From NCBI GenBank assembly GCA_951406725.2, contig OX597828.1:66774001-66838000 (forward strand): 64,000 bases of DNA, read 5' to 3'. Position numbers and translations under genes: made by a program. Of this stretch, positions 61,531 to 64,000 are shown piece after piece. The notes under the pieces are model-generated. The model was not told the origin of the DNA and made no database searches. It saw only the letters and a list, made by a program, of their open reading frames with translations. The DNA comes from Octopus vulgaris. Its lineage: Eukaryota. Within the stretch, counting starts at the first letter, position 1; the number at the start of each line of letters is the position of its first letter.

Positions 61531-61666
61531 GTATGTTTTATAAATTTTTATTTTAATGTTCATTACTGTATTTTAGCCTGTTTATATTAATTCCTCAAAC
61601 ATTCTGACATATATTTGATAAACGGAAGATTTTTGTCTTAAGAATTATTTTGCTTATTTCATGTAG

Positions 61667-61741
61667 TCTAAGTGGCATGGTGTTCCCTTGGGAAGAGGAT
61701 CGATGGAGAGACGATGACTGGTGTGAAGCTGAAGACTGCAG
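61667..61741 (+). CDS. NBAS: NBAS coding exon 23
   Basis: atgtag|(G)LSGMVFPWEEDRWRDDDWCEAEDC+AG|gtaaac; DWCE motif; 75 nt. Confidence 0.95.
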
Positions 61742-61918
61742 GTAAACACAATTGCCATTTTTAGTCTTGAGTCCCCATGCATAGCTTTTTGGGTATACTT
61801 GATCATTGCCAGAGTGGCTATCTGGCCTCCATGCCAGTGGTGAGCATTCTTGTATTCTTATTACTGGAACTTCTAGAAAGACGTTGAAAATTATTCACAA
61901 ATGAAAGAAGTCCATTAA

Positions 61919-62139
61919 CCCTTTTGTTACCAACCCGGCTGAAACCGACTGTGGCTCTGTAGTACAAATGTCTTGTTTTCATAAGTTTTGAATTAAAATC
62001 TTCCACCAAACCTTAGTCCTAATTTATGTTCCCAACACTAGCTTAATGATGACTAAGTTATTTTACTAAATCCTTTGTTATATTTTAAATAATTGAAAGA
62101 GACACAGAGCATCCCAAAATAAATATGATAACGAAAGAG
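61919..62139. mobile_element. piggyBac-derived MITE (221 bp)
   Basis: TTAA|CCCTTTTGTTACC ... ATAACGAAAGAG|TTAA; ends related to 57887-58971. Confidence 0.75.
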
Positions 62140-62505
62140 TTAAGCACCAAATTTATCTGAACTGTTCTGAAAAACAGGTAAATTTCAAAATATCTTTACT
62201 TAGATCACAAAAGCTAAGTTTAAAGAGATTTATAGTGAATATATATAACAATTAACAAGAAAATAACAATTAGTGCTCAGGAACAAAAAAAAAAAAGAAG
62301 TAAGCTTTTAGTTAGAGACTATGATTTTGTGTCGATAAAAGATCAGTGGAATGAGCCTGGGACTTGAGAGGATTTCCCCGGAAGGGCTGTTATCAAAATG
62401 TTGATAATTTCTGATTTGTCCGTCTGTCAGTTACAATGAGTTATAATAATAAATGAGGCATTACCTTTTTTAAAATTTATTTACCTTTTTTATTTGCATT
62501 TTCAG

Positions 62506-62580
62506 GTGTGCTGTTGATATTCAGTATTTGGATCTTGGACTTAATTTGTATGAAGAATATCCACATCTGTTGAAGTATAA
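62506..62580 (+). CDS. NBAS: NBAS coding exon 24
   Basis: tttcag|(R)CAVDIQYLDLGLNLYEEYPHLLKY+AA|gtaagt; 75 nt. Confidence 0.92.
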
Positions 62581-62651
62581 GTAAGTAAACTCAAATCTGA
62601 AACAAGATCACTTGTCTATGAATTAGAAATAATGGATTTTATTGAAGATAT

Positions 62652-62995
62652 GGAGGTGCAAGGCTCAGTGGTTAGAGTGTCAGGCTTACAATCATGAGGT
62701 AGTGAGTTCGATTCCTGGACAGGGCTGTGTGTGTATGCTTTTGAGCAATACACTTTATTTCACGTTGCTCCTGATCACTCAGCTGTAGAAATGAGTTGAC
62801 GTCACTGGTGCCAAGCTGTATCAGCCCCTTTGCCTTTCCCTTGGATAACGTCAGTGGTTTGGAGAGGTGGAGGCTAGTTTGCATGGGCAACTGCTGATCT
62901 TCCATAAACAACCTTGCCTGAACTTGTTCCTAGGAGGGCAGCTTTCTAGGTGCCATTTTACGGTCATTCACAACCGAAGGGGGTCTTTACCCTTA
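62652..62995 (+). mobile_element. tRNA-derived SINE (fourth family)
   Basis: GGCTCAGTGGTTAGAGTG..GAGTTCGATTCCTGG head, ends GAAGGGGGTCTTTACCC; inverted copy at about 52660-53000. Confidence 0.7.
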
Positions 62996-63029
62996 TGAAT
63001 GTAACAGCTAATCTGTCTATTTTCTTTAA

Positions 63030-63780
63030 TTTGAGGGGTTGCAGTGGCAAACATTCAACAAAATCTGCAAAATCTGGATTTTGCTGATGATACATTTATT
63101 CTTGCTGAGACTCTCTTAAGGAGTACTCTCCTTTCACTGAGTGACCCAGCAGAACCACTTGGCCTTAGAGTCTTTTGGATCAAGACAAAGATCCAGTCTT
63201 TCATTGACTTCTTGAAGGACTCCACCTCATCAGTCTAGTGTGGTTCAAAGAGATGTCAAAATTGTTGACTGCTTCACTTATCTCAGTGAAAAGACTTGGA
63301 CAAGATGGTGCTATTGATATCTGTGCTGGAGGACAAAGGTTCGGGTCTTTAGCTTTCTGGTCCTCCATATCCTGCTCTATAGCTGTGAGATTTGGACACT
63401 GTCTGAGGCCCTTAGGGAGCTGCCGGAACTCCTTTGGTAACAGGATGCTTTGCAGGATTATTGGTTACCATTGGTTGGATTTCGTATCCACTGAATGACT
63501 TTGCTTAGAAACTTTGAAATATCCTGTTACTTGTATGATTTGAGTGCTCCAGCTTGGACTGTTTGGCCATGTTGCTCAGTTTTCTGAGTCAGACCCCGCT
63601 TTCTGTGTTCTCTTCACTGAGGACTTGACTGGGCTGATGACTTGTGTTGGTTGACTACATGCCACATGGTCCATCACGGCAGATGAGGAGGTATCTTGGA
63701 GATACAGACTGACAGGGATTCTTCTCATGTGGCTGGACCCGGGGAATATACCTGCTGAAAAGAGCTGACAATTACCTGCC
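63030..63780 (+). mobile_element. Degenerate RTE-like LINE RT fragment
   Basis: QNLDFADDTFILAE (FADD RT motif), LGLRVFWIKTKIQ and RMLCRIIGYHWLDFVS, with stops and frameshifts. Confidence 0.75.
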
Positions 63781-63898
63781 AACAACAATAGCATTCATAA
63801 CCACTCAGTTTCTTGACATGTAATAAATTTATAAGCTGCTTGTTCTTCTGTCAGATGAATTATTCTTTATTGACCCTATTTTTCTGTCTGTTGTATAG

Positions 63899-64000
63899 AG
63901 GCTTATCTCACCGTGAATCGGTGCTGACACAGTGGTATGTGGAGAGGGCTTGTGAGATTGAATTAGAATCTCGGATGGTCGATAACTCTGTGGAACTCAT
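63899..64000 (+). CDS. NBAS: NBAS coding exon 25 (truncated by window end)
   Basis: gtatag|(K)GLSHRESVLTQWYVERACEIELESRMVDNSVEL..; resembles WYQTRAEEIE..QVDCAL. Confidence 0.93.

Noticed and set aside
145-63794. Most entries of the six-frame ORF track as genes
   Set aside because: They are short, often start at TTG or GTG, and recur as translations of repeats (e.g. LQLDALPNANHS, WLALGRASSCRN); the real genes are spliced.

Overview
Eukaryotic, AT-rich, intron- and repeat-rich animal DNA; the repeat families and gene architecture suggest a coleoid cephalopod (Octopus-like), which is an inference. Two genes lie head-to-head about 4.35 kb apart. STOML2 (stomatin-like protein 2) is on the minus strand: 4 coding exons, 19475 down to 1273, 118 codons, continuing off the left edge. 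NBAS (Sec39/NAG family) is on the plus strand: 25 coding exons, 23827 to 64000, about 873 codons, continuing off the right edge. All splice phases chain correctly, and one NBAS intron needs a GC donor. Introns are filled with RTE LINE relics and their 3'-UTR repeats, tRNA-derived SINEs, piggyBac, mariner and hAT derivatives, MITEs, a Helitron and long palindromes. The most notable signal is a set of minimal hammerhead-ribozyme-like motifs in Penelope/retrozyme-like repeats. One is a tandem pair with canonical cores on the sense strand of NBAS intron 18 (predicted ~255-nt excised RNA); two other families carry compensatory G3-C8 and U3-A8 core swaps. Repeat boundaries are approximate and all homology calls are from memory of the families, not database searches.
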